A stretch of 63,982 nt of DNA, filler included, from Octopus bimaculoides (Eukaryota): assembly GCF_001194135.2 (NCBI RefSeq). It is 6 parts of 6 records of this genome, joined end to end, with 100 filler letters (N's around TTAATTAATTAA, not from the genome) between each part and the next. Parts side by side here need not be neighbours in the genome. Positions count along the whole stretch, not along the records: positions 1 to 13,834 come from NC_068992.1; 5 more parts are not named here. One strand, 5' to 3'. The notes under the pieces were generated by a model that saw nothing but the letters and a program-made list of their open reading frames with translations, was not told the origin of the DNA and did no database searches. Made by a program: the position numbers and the translations under genes. This document shows, in pieces, positions 1-12,291 of this stretch; the stretch's first letter is position 1; each line of letters starts with the position of its first letter.

Positions 1-173
1 TAGGCTGATGCACGCATGCATGCAGATCTTTCTTGGAAACGTGACTTATATAGTTATTAATTTTTACAAGGGAAAGGTGGGCAGTGACTTCAAAGTTTTA
101 GCTTGTGAGCTATCTGATGACAGTTAGTAAGCCAATACTTCAAAGTCACTATTAACCTTTACCTTGAGATCAC

Positions 174-478
174 TAGCCACTAAACCTTTTTTTTTTTCTC
201 TCCCTGCTTATTTCTGTGTTCCTTTCTGTCGAAGAGCGTAGGCTCGAAACGTAAAAGACTTTCTCACTTAGATATATCTATATCTATGATAGATCCATGA
301 TAGATCGCTAGCCACTAAATCCTTTTTTATTTTCTCTCCCTATTTATTTGTGTTCCTTCCTGTTGAAGAGCAAAGGCTCAAAACATAAAAGACTTTCTCA
401 CTTCCTGAGCGTTAAACTAATACATCTGTTTCTTGTTTACACACCCATCTGTCTTTTGTTTTTTTGTAAATTCTCACT
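174..478 (+). mobile_element. Two partial tandem copies of a Penelope-like terminal-repeat (pLTR) family; another fragment at about 56083-56161
   Basis: Direct repeat: ctagccactaaa...tgtgttcc(t)ttctgt(c/t)gaagagc...gactttctcactt at about 174-269 and 308-403. The downstream part (gagcgttaaactaatacatctg) recurs at about 56.1 kb. Partial tandem terminal repeats with hammerhead motifs are typical of PLEs. Confidence 0.55.
222..257 (+). ncRNA. Minimal type I hammerhead-ribozyme-like motif with variant core (CUGUCGA)
   Basis: CTTT-CTGTCGA-A-GAGC(gtag)GCTC-GAAA-C-GTA-AAAG: helix I CTTT/AAAG, helix II GAGC/GCTC, GAAA and a GUA triplet. Position 6 is U instead of A. Confidence 0.45.
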
Positions 479-1405
479 CATAAATACGGTACTCAGCTAC
501 AAAAATATCGAATGATCTTTCAGTTCAATCTTCAACTGTTTTTATGTATAACTTTACATGAAAACAAACATTATACTCATGTATGTGTGTGTGCATGTAC
601 ACATACATGTTTACTTGAACCCTTGCAAAACTACTCCGAGTGCAAATAAAGACGGTTTGTCACGATTTGCAGCTTGAATGCAATCAGTGACNNNNNNNNN
701 NNNNNNNNNNNNNNNNNNNNNNNNNNNNNNNNNNNNNNNNNNNNNNNNNNNNNNNNNNNNNNNNNNNNNNNNNNNNNNNNNNNNNNNNNNNNNNNNNNNN
801 NNNNNNNNNNNNNNNNNNNNNNNNNNNNNNNNNNNNNNNNNNNNNNNNNNNNNNNNNNNNNNNNNNNNNNNNNNNNNNNNNNNNNNNNNNNNNNNNNNNN
901 NNNNNNNNNNNNNNNNNNNNNNNNNNNNNNNNNNNNNTATATATATATATATACATCAACACTAATGTAACAAGCGGAACGTAGAATAGCAAAGAGGAAA
1001 ATATCACTTGGAAAGAGGAGGAGGAGGAGGAGGAGGAGGAGGAGGAGGAGGATAAGTGCTTCAAGTAAGAAGAAACAAAGAGATTAAACAGCTTTGAGGA
1101 GGGAGAGGAGGAAGAGGCAGCAATATAATAAGAGGGACAATGAAAAGGGCTGACCAAGTGTATAATGAGAGAGGGAGAGGATGTAGTTGTTTAGGTGTAG
1201 GTCAATCCTGATCGGACAGATCTTTGGTGAATAACATTCCAGACATAACAACCTTGTTTAGTTTCTTTCTCTTTCCTGTAGGCACTGTGTACTTTAGTGT
1301 ACATTATTCAATAAAACCATCCCTTGTTCTTTTTAAAACAGGAGAGTGTAATTTGAAGGAAATTTGGCTGCTATTTCCATTAGCTAAGGGACAAAATAGT
1401 CTTCT

Positions 1406-1598
1406 AAGGCGGTGAGCTGGCAGAGATGTTTACACACCGAGCAAAATGCTTGGCGGTGTTTTGTCTGTCTTTACATTCTGAGTTCAAATTCCGCCAAGGT
1501 CAGATTCTGCCTTTCATCTTTTTGAGATCAATAAGTTAAGTACCAGTTGTATACTGGGGTCAATCGAATTGACTGGCCCACTCCCCCAAAATTCCAGG
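1406..1598 (+). mobile_element. tRNA-derived CORE-type SINE (family A)
   Basis: Head aaggcggtgagctggcag...gagttcaaattccgcc, then CORE-like gcctttcatc...gatcaataagttaagtaccag. At least 8 copies in the window. Confidence 0.8.
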
Positions 1599-2547
1599 CC
1601 TCTTTTCCATCTGAAGAAGCCATGTCTCTCTCCTAATGCAAGAAACCTTTCTGACCCTCCATACTAACCCTAACTCTAACACCTCTTCCCCAGCTGAGGG
1701 GCCTTGTCCTCCAAGTTATCTGGTGACCCCACTGCTGCTGATGCTGGTGCCACATAGAAAGCACCTAGCACACTCTGCAAAATAGAAGTGCATGGCTCAG
1801 TGGTTAGGGTGCTGGATTCATGATCATAAGATAGTGATTTCAATTCCTGGTCCAGCTGCTATTTCCATTAAGATAGGAGATAACATTGAGTCCCCTTCAT
1901 TGGCATGTTTTGCTCATAATCAAGTAGACCAACAGCCAAAAGTATTCCAAATGGGACTACCACCACTTATTCTCTTTTGAGACGCAACACAACCAAGACT
2001 GCATTATCCATAAGTTTGACAGTAGGTACGGCTGTGAACTGAGGAAGATCAAGCTTTTGTTTTCAGCCCAGAAGTCCCTTCATTTGCTGAGTGCGTGTGT
2101 GTGTGTGTGTGTCTTAACATTTATATCAAGCACAAAGGATAGGAGAGGAGGTCACGTGAAATCCAAAGAGGTCACTAAAGTATTATTGAAATGTCCACTT
2201 CAAGAAGGAATGCTGTTGACAACCTGAAACAAGTTGAGAAACTAATAAAGAAGGAATTCTTTGCATATGGGAGGGAGGGGGGGANNNNNNNNNNNNNNNN
2301 NNNNNNNNNNNNNNNNNNNNNNNNNNNNNNNNNNNNNNNNNNNNNNNNNNNNNNNNNNNNNNNNNNNNNNNNNNNNNNNNNNNNNNNNNNNNNNNNNNNN
2401 NNNNNNNNNNNNNNNNNNNNNNNNNNNNNNNNGAACATGATTTGAATCTGTCTTTATTGGTTTGGTTTTATTTTCCTGTTTTGGAATTGAGTAGGGGACA
2501 AAAGACAAACAAAACTTAAACAGGGTCTGTGTTCCTTCCCATTTTAA

Positions 2548-2768
2548 CCCTTTCGTTACCAGCCTGGCAGAAACCAGCTCTGGCTCTGAGTACAAATGCC
2601 TTGTTTCCAAAAGTTTTGAATTAAAGTCTTCCATCAAACCTTAGTCACAATTTATGTTCCTAACACTAGCTTAATGATAACTAAGTTATTTTACTAAATT
2701 CTTTGTTATATTTAAAATTAATTGAAAGAATTAGAGAGCATCTCAAAATAAATACAGTAACGAAAGGG
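2548..2768. mobile_element. piggyBac-like MITE (221 bp)
   Basis: TTAA on both sides (2544-2547, 2769-2772); perfect 12-bp TIR ccctttcgttac/gtaacgaaaggg. Confidence 0.8.
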
Positions 2769-3180
2769 TTAAAAGAGTAATTTGAGGGAAATTTAGATGC
2801 TATTTTTAACAGGTCACACAATGGTACAACATCTCCTTTCAGTCACTGATTAATTCCAAGTCAACAAAGATCAAGGAGGACTTTATGCCAATCATAATAA
2901 ACCCACCTTTTGTTTTACAGATCAGTATATCAAAACTACATGTACACACGAGTATATTGTGATCATATTTTCATGTCTATTTTCCCAAGTTCGCATGGGT
3001 CGGACAGAACTTGTTGAAGTAGAGTTTCTATGGCTGGATGTTCTTCCTGTCACCAACCCTCATCTGTTTCTAAGTAATGTGATATTCCCCTAAGGCCAGA
3101 CACACTTTTCTTGCATAGAAAACCAAAAACAAATGACACTGCTAGTATAACAATGACACTCATTTACAACCATCATGCAG

Positions 3181-3217
<37 letters not shown>

Positions 3218-3838
3218 AATTCAAAATAACAAAGAGCATTTTTCTTCCCAATTCAACTCTAGATTCTTTCAACTAACTCACACACACACACACACATATA
3301 TATATATAGAATCTATACATATAAATTTGACATGGGCGATTCTTTCTTGTCTTGGGATTCATGGTCAAATGGCTGGGTGGAATTGCACTAAAAATTACAC
3401 AGATGTGTAAAATGCTCCAGTGGTGTTGCTGGGCTTTGTATTTTTCCATAGCTCTCATGGTTACCGAGATAATTTACTATAATAATACTCTTGTGTCTAT
3501 GAATGAGAAAGGAAGGAGTGATAGATGAATAAGGAAGGAAGGGGTGATGTCATAGCTGGTAGTGGGATGATGAAAATTGTACGCTGAAAAAATAAATCAA
3601 GCAGTTGACAGGAGCCGGCCAGGCAGATTTTCTACTTGGCCGGCTCCTGTCAACTGTCCTACCCATGCAGGCAAGGAAGATGGATGTTAAACGATGGTGA
3701 CGATGATGATGATGAATCCATTCACAAGACTTGACTGAGAGCAGGGCCCAAAAGTTAGGGTATTGTGTTTGTGGTTGCAAGATAATGGTTTCAGTTCCCA
3801 GATTGGGTGATGTGTTGAGTGCTCAAGCACAAACACTT

Positions 3839-3873
3839 GTATTTTTCGATGTTGTTATTATTATCATTATTAC

Positions 3874-3908
<35 letters not shown>

Positions 3909-5177
3909 TCATTGCCTGGAATCGCACTCAGAATCTTGGATTTAGTAGCCCGCACTCTTAACCACTACACCATATATCTTCGGGAGGAGTTACCTCAATC
4001 CTTTCTATATTAACCAAAATGAAGTAGATTGACAAATTTATTTTTTGAACCAGTTGAAGACACACGAGATGTCGAAATATCGTTCACCAGATAACAAATG
4101 GCACTCTTCTTTTAATTTTGACTCTATATCTTCGGGAGGAGTTACCTCAATCCTTTCTATATTAATAATAATAATAATAATAATAACAACAACAACAACA
4201 TCGAAAAATACCTTAGGAATAAGAGNNNNNNNNNNNNNNNNNNNNNNNNNNNNNNNNNNNNNNNNNNNNNNNNNNNNNNNNNNNNNNNNNNNNNNNNNNN
4301 NNNNNNNNNNNNNNNNNNNNNNNNNNNNNNNNNNNNNNNNNNNNNNNNNNNNNNNNNNNNNNNNNNNNNNNNNNNNNNNNNNNNNNNNNNNNNNNNNNNN
4401 NNNNNNNNNNNNNNNNNNNNNNNNNNNNNNNNNNNNNNNNNNNNNNNNNNNNNNNNNNNNNNNNNNNNNNNNNNNNNNNNNNNNNNNNNNNNNNNNNNNN
4501 NNNNNNNNNNNNNNNNNNNNNNNNNNNNNNNNNNNNNNNNNNNNNNNNNNNNNNNNNNNNNNNNNNNNNNNNNNNNNNNNNNNNNNNNNNNNNNNNNNNN
4601 NNNNNNNNNNNNNNNNNNNNNNNNNNNNNNNNNNNNNNNNNNNNNNNNNNNNNNNNNNNNNNNNNNNNNNNNNNNNNNNNNNNNNNNNNNNNNNNNNNNN
4701 NNNNNNNNNNNNNNNNNNNNNNNNNNNNNNNNNNNNNNNNNNNNNNNNNNNNNNNNNNNNNATATATCTTCGGGAGGAGTTACCTCAATCCTTTCTATAT
4801 TAACCAAAATGAAGTAGATTGACAAATTTATTTTTTGAACCAGTTGAAGACACACGAGATGTCGAAATATCGTTCACCAGATAACAAATGGCACTCTTCT
4901 TTTAATTTTGACTCTATATCTTCGGGAGGAGTTACCTCAATCCTTTCTATATTAATAATAATAATAATAATAATAACAACAACAACAACATCGAAAAATA
5001 CCTTAGGAATAAGAGCTCAGGTTCGAAATTTCCCCAAAACACCTGATGAAGGCTGGAGGGTATATCAGCCGAAACGTTGTGTTAACAAACAAGATGAGGA
5101 CAAATATCCGTTAACAACAAGATGAGGACAAATGAAAATAATGTACATAATTCCCCATCTCTTAAATATAGAACTGT
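3839..5177 (+). mobile_element. Penelope-like pLTR cluster (inverted partial copy, 41-bp direct repeats, hammerhead); spans a gap
   Basis: 3839-3900 is the reverse complement of the (AAT)n(AAC)n-atcgaaaaatac segment. tatatcttcgggaggagttacctcaatcctttctatattaa occurs four times. 3' end fragments recur at about 45722-45796 (+) and 54757-54808 (-). Confidence 0.6.
5038..5083 (+). ncRNA. Minimal type I hammerhead ribozyme
   Basis: AACAC-CTGATGA-A-GGCTG(gagggtatat)CAGCC-GAAA-C-GTT-GTGTT: perfect 5-bp helix I and helix II, canonical core, and palindromic AACGTT at helix III. Predicted cleavage after 5078. Confidence 0.75.
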
Positions 5178-5574
5178 ACTTCAGTTTATGTCGCTCTGCA
5201 GTCATTTTGACATCTGACATGTGACACACAATGCTACTGTTCAGGAAACGTCAGTTTGACAGACTGAGTGAACTAATGTGCAGCAAATACTTTTGATCAT
5301 CATCATCATCATCTGCACAGGATGTTTAGCAAGAACTTTCGGAACTCTCATCTGTCATCTAAGATAGGAGAGTCTGCAATGTACATCTCTGTATATATAT
5401 ATCTACCTATGTATGTATGTATGTATGTGTGTGTATGTGTGTATGTATCTATGTATGTGTATATTCTTCTATTTCAGTGGAAACTGAAAGAAGCCTGTCG
5501 TATATGTGTGTGTGGGTGTGTGTCTGTAACTTAGCAGTTTAGCAAAAGAACTGATAGAATAAGTTGTTGTTGTT

Positions 5575-5840
5575 GTTTGTTTCTTCTCGAACCATCCCTG
5601 GCTCATAAGGGCCGGTTTCCTGGTTTCATTGGTGTATAAGTTCCCAACCTGGACGGGACACTGGTCCGTCGCAGGTAAGCTGCTAGATGCAGGAGGAAAG
5701 AGCGAGAGAAAGTTGTAGCAGAAGTTCCGCCATTTCCTTCTGCCAGAGTCATGTGACGCTTTAAGTGTTTCGCTCATAAACACACACATCGCCCGTTCTG
5801 AGATTTGAACCAGTGATCTCTTGACCACGAGTCTGTTGCT
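5575..5840 (-). mobile_element. tRNA-derived SINE family B, variant with V-domain-like 3' part (degenerate)
   Basis: Minus strand reads ...gcgacggaccagtgtcccgtccagg...gaaaccaggaaaccggcccttatgagcc; homologous to 18385-18700. Confidence 0.65.
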
Positions 5841-6208
5841 CCCATAAGTCCACTACTCGATAGAAAAAGTACCAGACTTTAATAAAAAGAAACCTAAGTA
5901 CAGGGGTTGGTTCATTCAACTAAAAATTCTTGAAGGCAGTGCTCCAGCATGGCCATAGTCTAATGACTGAAACAAGTAAAAGACATATGAATACACCCAC
6001 ACATATATATGAAGATCTCCCCACACACATACACAGAGCGAGTAGAAGATACAAGAGATAAATGTTACAAAGTGATGCATACCAATAATGAATGACCTGG
6101 AAGAGAGGGAATGATGGCTAGCATTCCAGAAAGCTGATGGAAGGGTGTATTGAATATATATGTGTGTGTGTGTGTGTGTCTGTATGTATATATATAGAGA
6201 GAGACACA

Positions 6209-7106
6209 CTGAATGTCCCAAAAGTCACTGATGGGTTTCAATTTTGAATAACTTCCTTAACTTTCCAAATAAATGCATGAAATTTTGATACAATATAAAG
6301 GACATAATGGAAATTAATATGCACAAGTCAAATTTTCCAACATCACTACATCACATATGAAAAATGATATCGCATATATGGCAGCCATTTTCAGCTTCGC
6401 TCTCCCGTGCTCTTTCCAAAACTTGCACCATAATACCCTCAAGAGTTTCAGACCCCACTTCTCTGATTTCTCTATTGATGTTCTCCTTCAGTTGCACCAG
6501 GGTCTCCAGTTTCTTAACATAAACCCTCTCTTTCAGGAATCCCTCCAAGAAAAAATCCAGGCTAGTCAAGTCTGGGGAACGTGAAGGCCATTCAAAGTAG
6601 ACCTCACATATAGTTCCAGCAAGAAGGGGTAACTGCTCATATTGCAAGAGAAACACTGCAGTTGCTATGGCAATGCTTTGGAGAGAGGATAATCTCCCAC
6701 TACAGCAACATCAACTGGCCTTGACTTATGCATATTAATTTCCATTATGTCCTTTATATTGTATCAAAATTTCATGCATTTATTTGTAAAGTTACAGAAG
6801 TTAGGAGAGTATTGTGGTTTGCTGGAAGCATTGTGTAATGTTTGTGAAATATGTCTTGAATGGCACAACAATGCAGAGTGGACTATAATAACTGTTATAA
6901 ATTAATTATTCATAGTCTGATATAATATTTGGAAATATAAAAATTCCTTCTTCAGATATCGCAAGGAATTGATCGAGTCACTGCTATAATCGGTTTTGCA
7001 ACCGATTATAGCAGTGGCTTGATCAATTCCTAGTGATGTCTGAAGAAGGAATTTTTGAGGAAGTTATTAAAAACTGAACCCCATCAGTGACTCTTGAAAC
7101 ACCCTG
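6209..7106 (-). mobile_element. Internally deleted Tc1/mariner-superfamily element with long TIRs
   Basis: About 120-bp left TIR (6209-6330) matches a right TIR split in two (6721-6803 and 7060-7106, ending caccctg|TA). Internal transposase fragment. Confidence 0.85.
6354..6605 (-). pseudogene. C-terminal fragment of a Tc1/mariner (DD37D/maT-like) transposase
   Basis: WPSRSPDLTSLDFFLEGFLKERVY matches the WPxRSPDLxPLDFFLWGxLKxxVY motif. Confidence 0.85.
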
Positions 7107-7475
7107 TATATACATATATACATGCATGTTTATGTGTATGTCTGTGAGTGATTTTGTATTTCCCCTTGTCTACACTAATCTTTTATGCTCACTGGTTCAT
7201 AAACAATAGATTCTGTAATAGTACCGTTTTCATGCTTCTTGACATGATGAGCAATCTCTGTTAACAAGAGTCTCGTTTTGATGCCATTTGTTTCCAGGTA
7301 ACTGCAAAAACATGTCTGGTCTGTTTGTTGTTTGATGCACTTGGAAATTATTGTCTTACTTGGAAGCAGCAGGTGGGATTTGCTGACAGGAAGGGCATCT
7401 GCCATATAAAATTTGGCTCCAAGATACTCTTATTTGACTCAAGAAATGTAGATGTTAAAATGTGGCTAACGATGA

Positions 7476-7522
<47 letters not shown>

Positions 7523-8402
7523 CATACACACCCACACACATATATATATTAATAGTAAAAGTATGACGACAAAAGAATGAATGAGACTTCGACATTATGT
7601 AAATAGAGGAATTTATCTGTAATATAATACGTGACAATTATTTGGTTGTCATAATAAAACTCCGAGTTTCGGATATCGGGGCGGAAACCGAAGGGAAGAA
7701 AGTAAAATAGTAAAAATGCTCATAGAAATCGCATATGTGCGCACGTACATACATAAACATGCGCACACACACATCCATGTACATGTGCCTATATGCATAT
7801 GCTCACTCACACTTGCAAGCAACACATACACCTATATATGCACATATATGCAACCATACATGTACACATATACATATCTGCACACATGCGCACACACACA
7901 CACACACATGCACATACCCATATGCACACAATTATATATATATATATATATATAGTAAAGTCTATTTGCTAATACAATGTGCCAGTCCTACATAGGACAA
8001 TGTTACTACTTTTTAGCCCTAGGCAAACATCCTCTCCAGCTGGCTACTGTTGTGGAATAAATATATAGTCAGTACAAGGTGTTGATGTGACTGCATGTAT
8101 GTTATTACAAAAGTTCATAAAGAGATGAAAGAATAAATTCAAGACTTATATATTTACAACATAAAAATATATTTTATTTCTTTCATCGATGATGATACAT
8201 GGAATCAAAATGTAGAAGCTAGTTGAATGAAGTGATCTATGCAACAAAGTTCAGAGATAGAAAATGTAGAAATAACAGCTAAGTGGTGGTTTTCAGTCAT
8301 GTGGTGTAGAGAAATAGATGGACATAGCAATGATGTGAATGGTTTTAAGTCTAATTGACTAAGAAGCGAAGAGCTGGGTTAGCAAGGTGTTTTTATTAAT
8401 AC

Positions 8403-8633
8403 AAGGCGAGCTGGTAGAATCGTTAGCATGCCGGGTGAAGTGCTTAGCAGTATTTTGTCTGTCTTTACATTCTGAGTTCAAATTCTGCTGAGGTGGACTT
8501 TGCCTTTCATCCTTTCGGGGTCGATAAATTAAGTACCAGTTATGCACTGGGGTCGATGTAATTGACTTAATCCCTTTGTCTGTCCTTGTTTATCCCCTCT
8601 ATGTTTAGCCTCCTGTGGGCAATAAAGAAATAA
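8403..8633 (+). mobile_element. CORE-type SINE family A
   Basis: Full head, CORE and tail ending gggcaataaagaaata. Confidence 0.85.
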
Positions 8634-9205
8634 ATATTAATAGAAGGCCAGACATTCTAGAAACTTCCAAGAGAAATGCCAAGCTTCTTGAACAATTAAG
8701 AATCACATTTAGTGACAATGATGATGCAAGAAGCTTAGAAAAGGGAGGTTACTTTATGATCTTTCTTGCAACGGAGATCATTCAACTATCTAGCTACCGC
8801 TACACTACCGACGCATGGTCTGTGTCCATATACTGTGAGCAAGGGAGTTTATTGCTCCCTTTCTAGCTGTAGCAATACCTACTAACCAATGGTTTCTGGG
8901 TTACTTCCCTTCCTCGGTACAGTACAGTCGCCGGCTAGAGATGGCAGCCACTCAACCTTGCTCACAGTATATAATTTTAAAGTGATACACAGTTGCTGAT
9001 CTCGTAAAGAGAAAAACAAGTTTTAAATCACTGAGTGAGAAATATATAGTGACAGTGGTCAGCTGGAAAAGATGTTTTTCTGGGGATAAAAAGTAGTAAC
9101 ATCATCCTATGTAGGTCTTCCACATTGTGTTGACAAATAGACTTTACTGCACAGTACTGTTAGTATATATTTCTCACTCACAGATTTAAAACTAATTGTT
9201 TTTCT

Positions 9206-9208
<3 letters not shown>

Positions 9209-9266
<58 letters not shown>
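9209..9266. repeat. (TA)n microsatellite
   Basis: Perfect dinucleotide run. Confidence 0.95.
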
Positions 9267-9267
<1 letters not shown>

Positions 9268-9679
9268 TTTTATTCTTTTATTTGACTGCAGCCATGTTAG
9301 AGCAACGCCTATTTTAGTTGAAGAAATCGACCCCAGGACTTATTCTTTGTAAGCCTGGTACTTATTCTATTGGTCTCTTTTGCCAAACTGCTAAGTTACA
9401 GGGACATAAATACACCAACATCGGTTGTCAGGTGATGGTGGTGAGGATAAACACAGACACAAAGACACACACATAAATATAGATAGATATATATATATAT
9501 ATATAGATATATACACAACAGGCTTCTTTTCAGTTTCCATCTACCAAATCCACTCACAAGGCTTTGGTCAGCCTGAGACTGTAGTAGAAGACACTTGCCC
9601 AAAGTGTCATGCAGTGGGATTGAACCTGGAACCATGTGACTGGTATGCAAGCTTCTTACCACACAGCCACACCTGCGCC
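9267..9679 (-). mobile_element. tRNA-derived SINE family C with internal (TA/TG)n
   Basis: Minus-strand head ggcgcaggtgtggctgtgtggtaag...gggttcaatcccactgc; 3' tail ...gcagtcaaataaaagaataaaag. More than 10 copies in the window. Confidence 0.85.
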
Positions 9680-10007
9680 TATATATAGAGAGTCTGGTGC
9701 AGCGTTCTGGGTTGCCAGCCCTCAGTCAAACTGTCTGGAAAGCAGATATTAAACGATGATGATGATGATGAAAGTTAGTGGAGTTAGAAGTTGGAATAAT
9801 CATCTAATGGATAAAAGTATATGTTTTTTCTACCAGTATAATTACCTATGTTAACCCTGGGCATACATATGCAAGCATATTATGCTCAATGAATAGAGGA
9901 AATGACAAAGATAAACATTAGTTTATCAGGTATTAAGTTTAAATTAAGCAGGAAATGGAGAATGGAAGGTGTGTAACGTGATCTCCATTTTCTATTTACT
10001 TTAAATT

Positions 10008-10013
<6 letters not shown>

Positions 10014-10059
<46 letters not shown>
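10014..10059. repeat. (AG)n microsatellite at gap edge
   Basis: Perfect run. Confidence 0.95.
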
Positions 10060-10838
10060 NNNNNNNNNNNNNNNNNNNNNNNNNNNNNNNNNNNNNNNNN
10101 NNNNNNNNNNNNNNNNNNNNNNNNNNNNNNNNNNNNNNNNNNNNNNNNNNNNNNNNNNNNNNNNNNNNNNNNNNNNNNNNNNNNNNNNNNNNNNNNNNNN
10201 NNNNNNNNNNNNNNNNNNNNNNNNNNNNNNNNNNNNNNNNNNNNNNNNNNNNNNNNNNNNNNNNNNNNNNNNNNNNNNNNNNNNNNNNNNNNNNNNNNNN
10301 NNNNNNNNNNNNNNNNNNNNNNNNNNNNNNNNNNNNNNNNNNNNNNNNNNNNNNNNNNNNNNNNNNNNNNNNNNNNNNNNNNNNNNNNNNNNNNNNNNNN
10401 NNNNNNNNNNNNNNNNNNNNNNNNNNNNNNNNNNNNNNNNNNNNNNNNNNNNNNNNNNNNNNNNNNNNNNNNNNNNNNNNNNNNNNNNNNNNNNNNNNNN
10501 NNNNNNNNNNNNNNNNNNNNNNNNNNNNNNNNNNNNNNNNNNNNNNNNNNNNNNNNNNNNNNNNNNNNNNNNNNNNNNNNNNNNNNNNNNNNNNNNNNNN
10601 NNNNNNNNNNNNNNNNNNNNNNNNNNNNNNNNNNNNNNNNNNNNNNNNNNNNNNNNNNNNNNNNNNNNNNNNNNNNNNNNNNNNNNNNNNNNNNNNNNNN
10701 NNNNNNNNNNNNNNNTATGTACATATATGTATGTATATATGCATATATACATACATATATGTACATACCTACATATATATGTATATATACATCCATGTAT
10801 AGGTACAGGACATAAAAAAAAACGTAGACAGAATGAGA

Positions 10839-11060
10839 AAGGCGGCGAGCTGACAGAAACGTTAGTATGCCGGGCAAAATGCTAAGCGGTATTTCGTCTG
10901 CCGTTATGTTCTGAGTTCAAATTCTGCTGAAGTCGACTTTCATCCTTTCGAGATTGATAAATTAAGTACCAGTTACGCACTGGGGTTCGATGTAATCGAC
11001 TTAATCCCTTTGTTTGTCCCGTCTATGTTTGGCCCCTTGTAGGCAATAAAGAAATAAGAA
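10839..11060 (+). mobile_element. CORE-type SINE family A inserted in an older foldback element
   Basis: Full-length copy; gaatgagaaa present on both sides. Confidence 0.85.
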
Positions 11061-11515
11061 TGAGAAATGAGAACATAAAAAACAAAAACGCAGAGTAGAT
11101 AAAACAGGGGACAACTGATGAAGGGAATGTTCTTTATGTTGCATGTCTTGGTTCTCTGTTTTTTTTTCATTGTTTGAAAATAAGTTTGTTTTCTATATTT
11201 TTGTTCTTATGCTTTCGTTTCTCATTGTGTCTACGTTTTTTTAATGTCCTGTACCCATATATGCATATGTGTAGGTATGTACATATATGTATGTATATGT
11301 GCATATATTTATATATTATATATATATGCATATATACATACATACATACATACACACACATATATATATGTATATATATGCTAATACCAAATAGCAAAAA
11401 TGAATTCCCAACAACACATTGGTAGATAAATGTTGCTTATTTGTTGCAAATATATATTAACATTACAAATACGCAATACAATTACATTGTGTATCTGAGT
11501 GTGTGTATGGTTGCA

Positions 11516-11553
<38 letters not shown>

Positions 11554-11892
11554 TACACACACATATGCACACACATTTTTATTTATATATAACTATACAT
11601 GTCTTATATATGTGTATGTCTAAAAATGAAAGCAGTAATATTTTCAGCCTTACCAATCTGAAAGCTTCACCTAGTTTTCTGCATGAATACCAAATTCTTC
11701 AGTAAAGCCATTTCACTACAGAATTAACTATTCTGGAAACTATCCAAGATTCTCCTAGTTTACTATTTTCTGAGAATAATGTTATTTACTTCACAAACAT
11801 TTCTTCCATTCCAGTACAGGATGGGAATAGTTCACACAAATTTACGTAGTTGAAACCAAGGAATATCTATGAGACCTGGGCTCATTAGTTTT

Positions 11893-12254
11893 GGGCACAG
11901 GCATGGCTGTGTGGTAAGAAACTTGTTTCCCAACCACATGATACTGGGTTCAGTTCCACTGAGTGGAACCTTGGTAAAGTGTCTTCTATTGACCAAAGCC
12001 TTGAGAGTGGATTTGGCAGATGGAAACTGAAAGAAGCTTGTCATATACTCTTTTACTTGCTTCAGTCATTTTACTGTGGCCATGCTGGAGCACTGCCTTT
12101 AGTCGAGCAAATCAACCCCAGGACTTATTCTTTGTAAGCCTAGTACTTATTCTATCAGTCTCTTTTGCTGAACCGCTAAGTTACAGGGACTTAAACACAC
12201 CAGCATCGATTGTCAAGCGATGCTGGGGGGACAAACACAGACACACAAACATAT

Positions 12255-12291
<37 letters not shown>

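Noticed and set aside
3972-5015. Exact 254-bp direct duplication (offset 790) across a gap
   Set aside because: Identical including microsatellite length and placed at both contig edges; cannot be distinguished from contig-overlap artefact without long reads.
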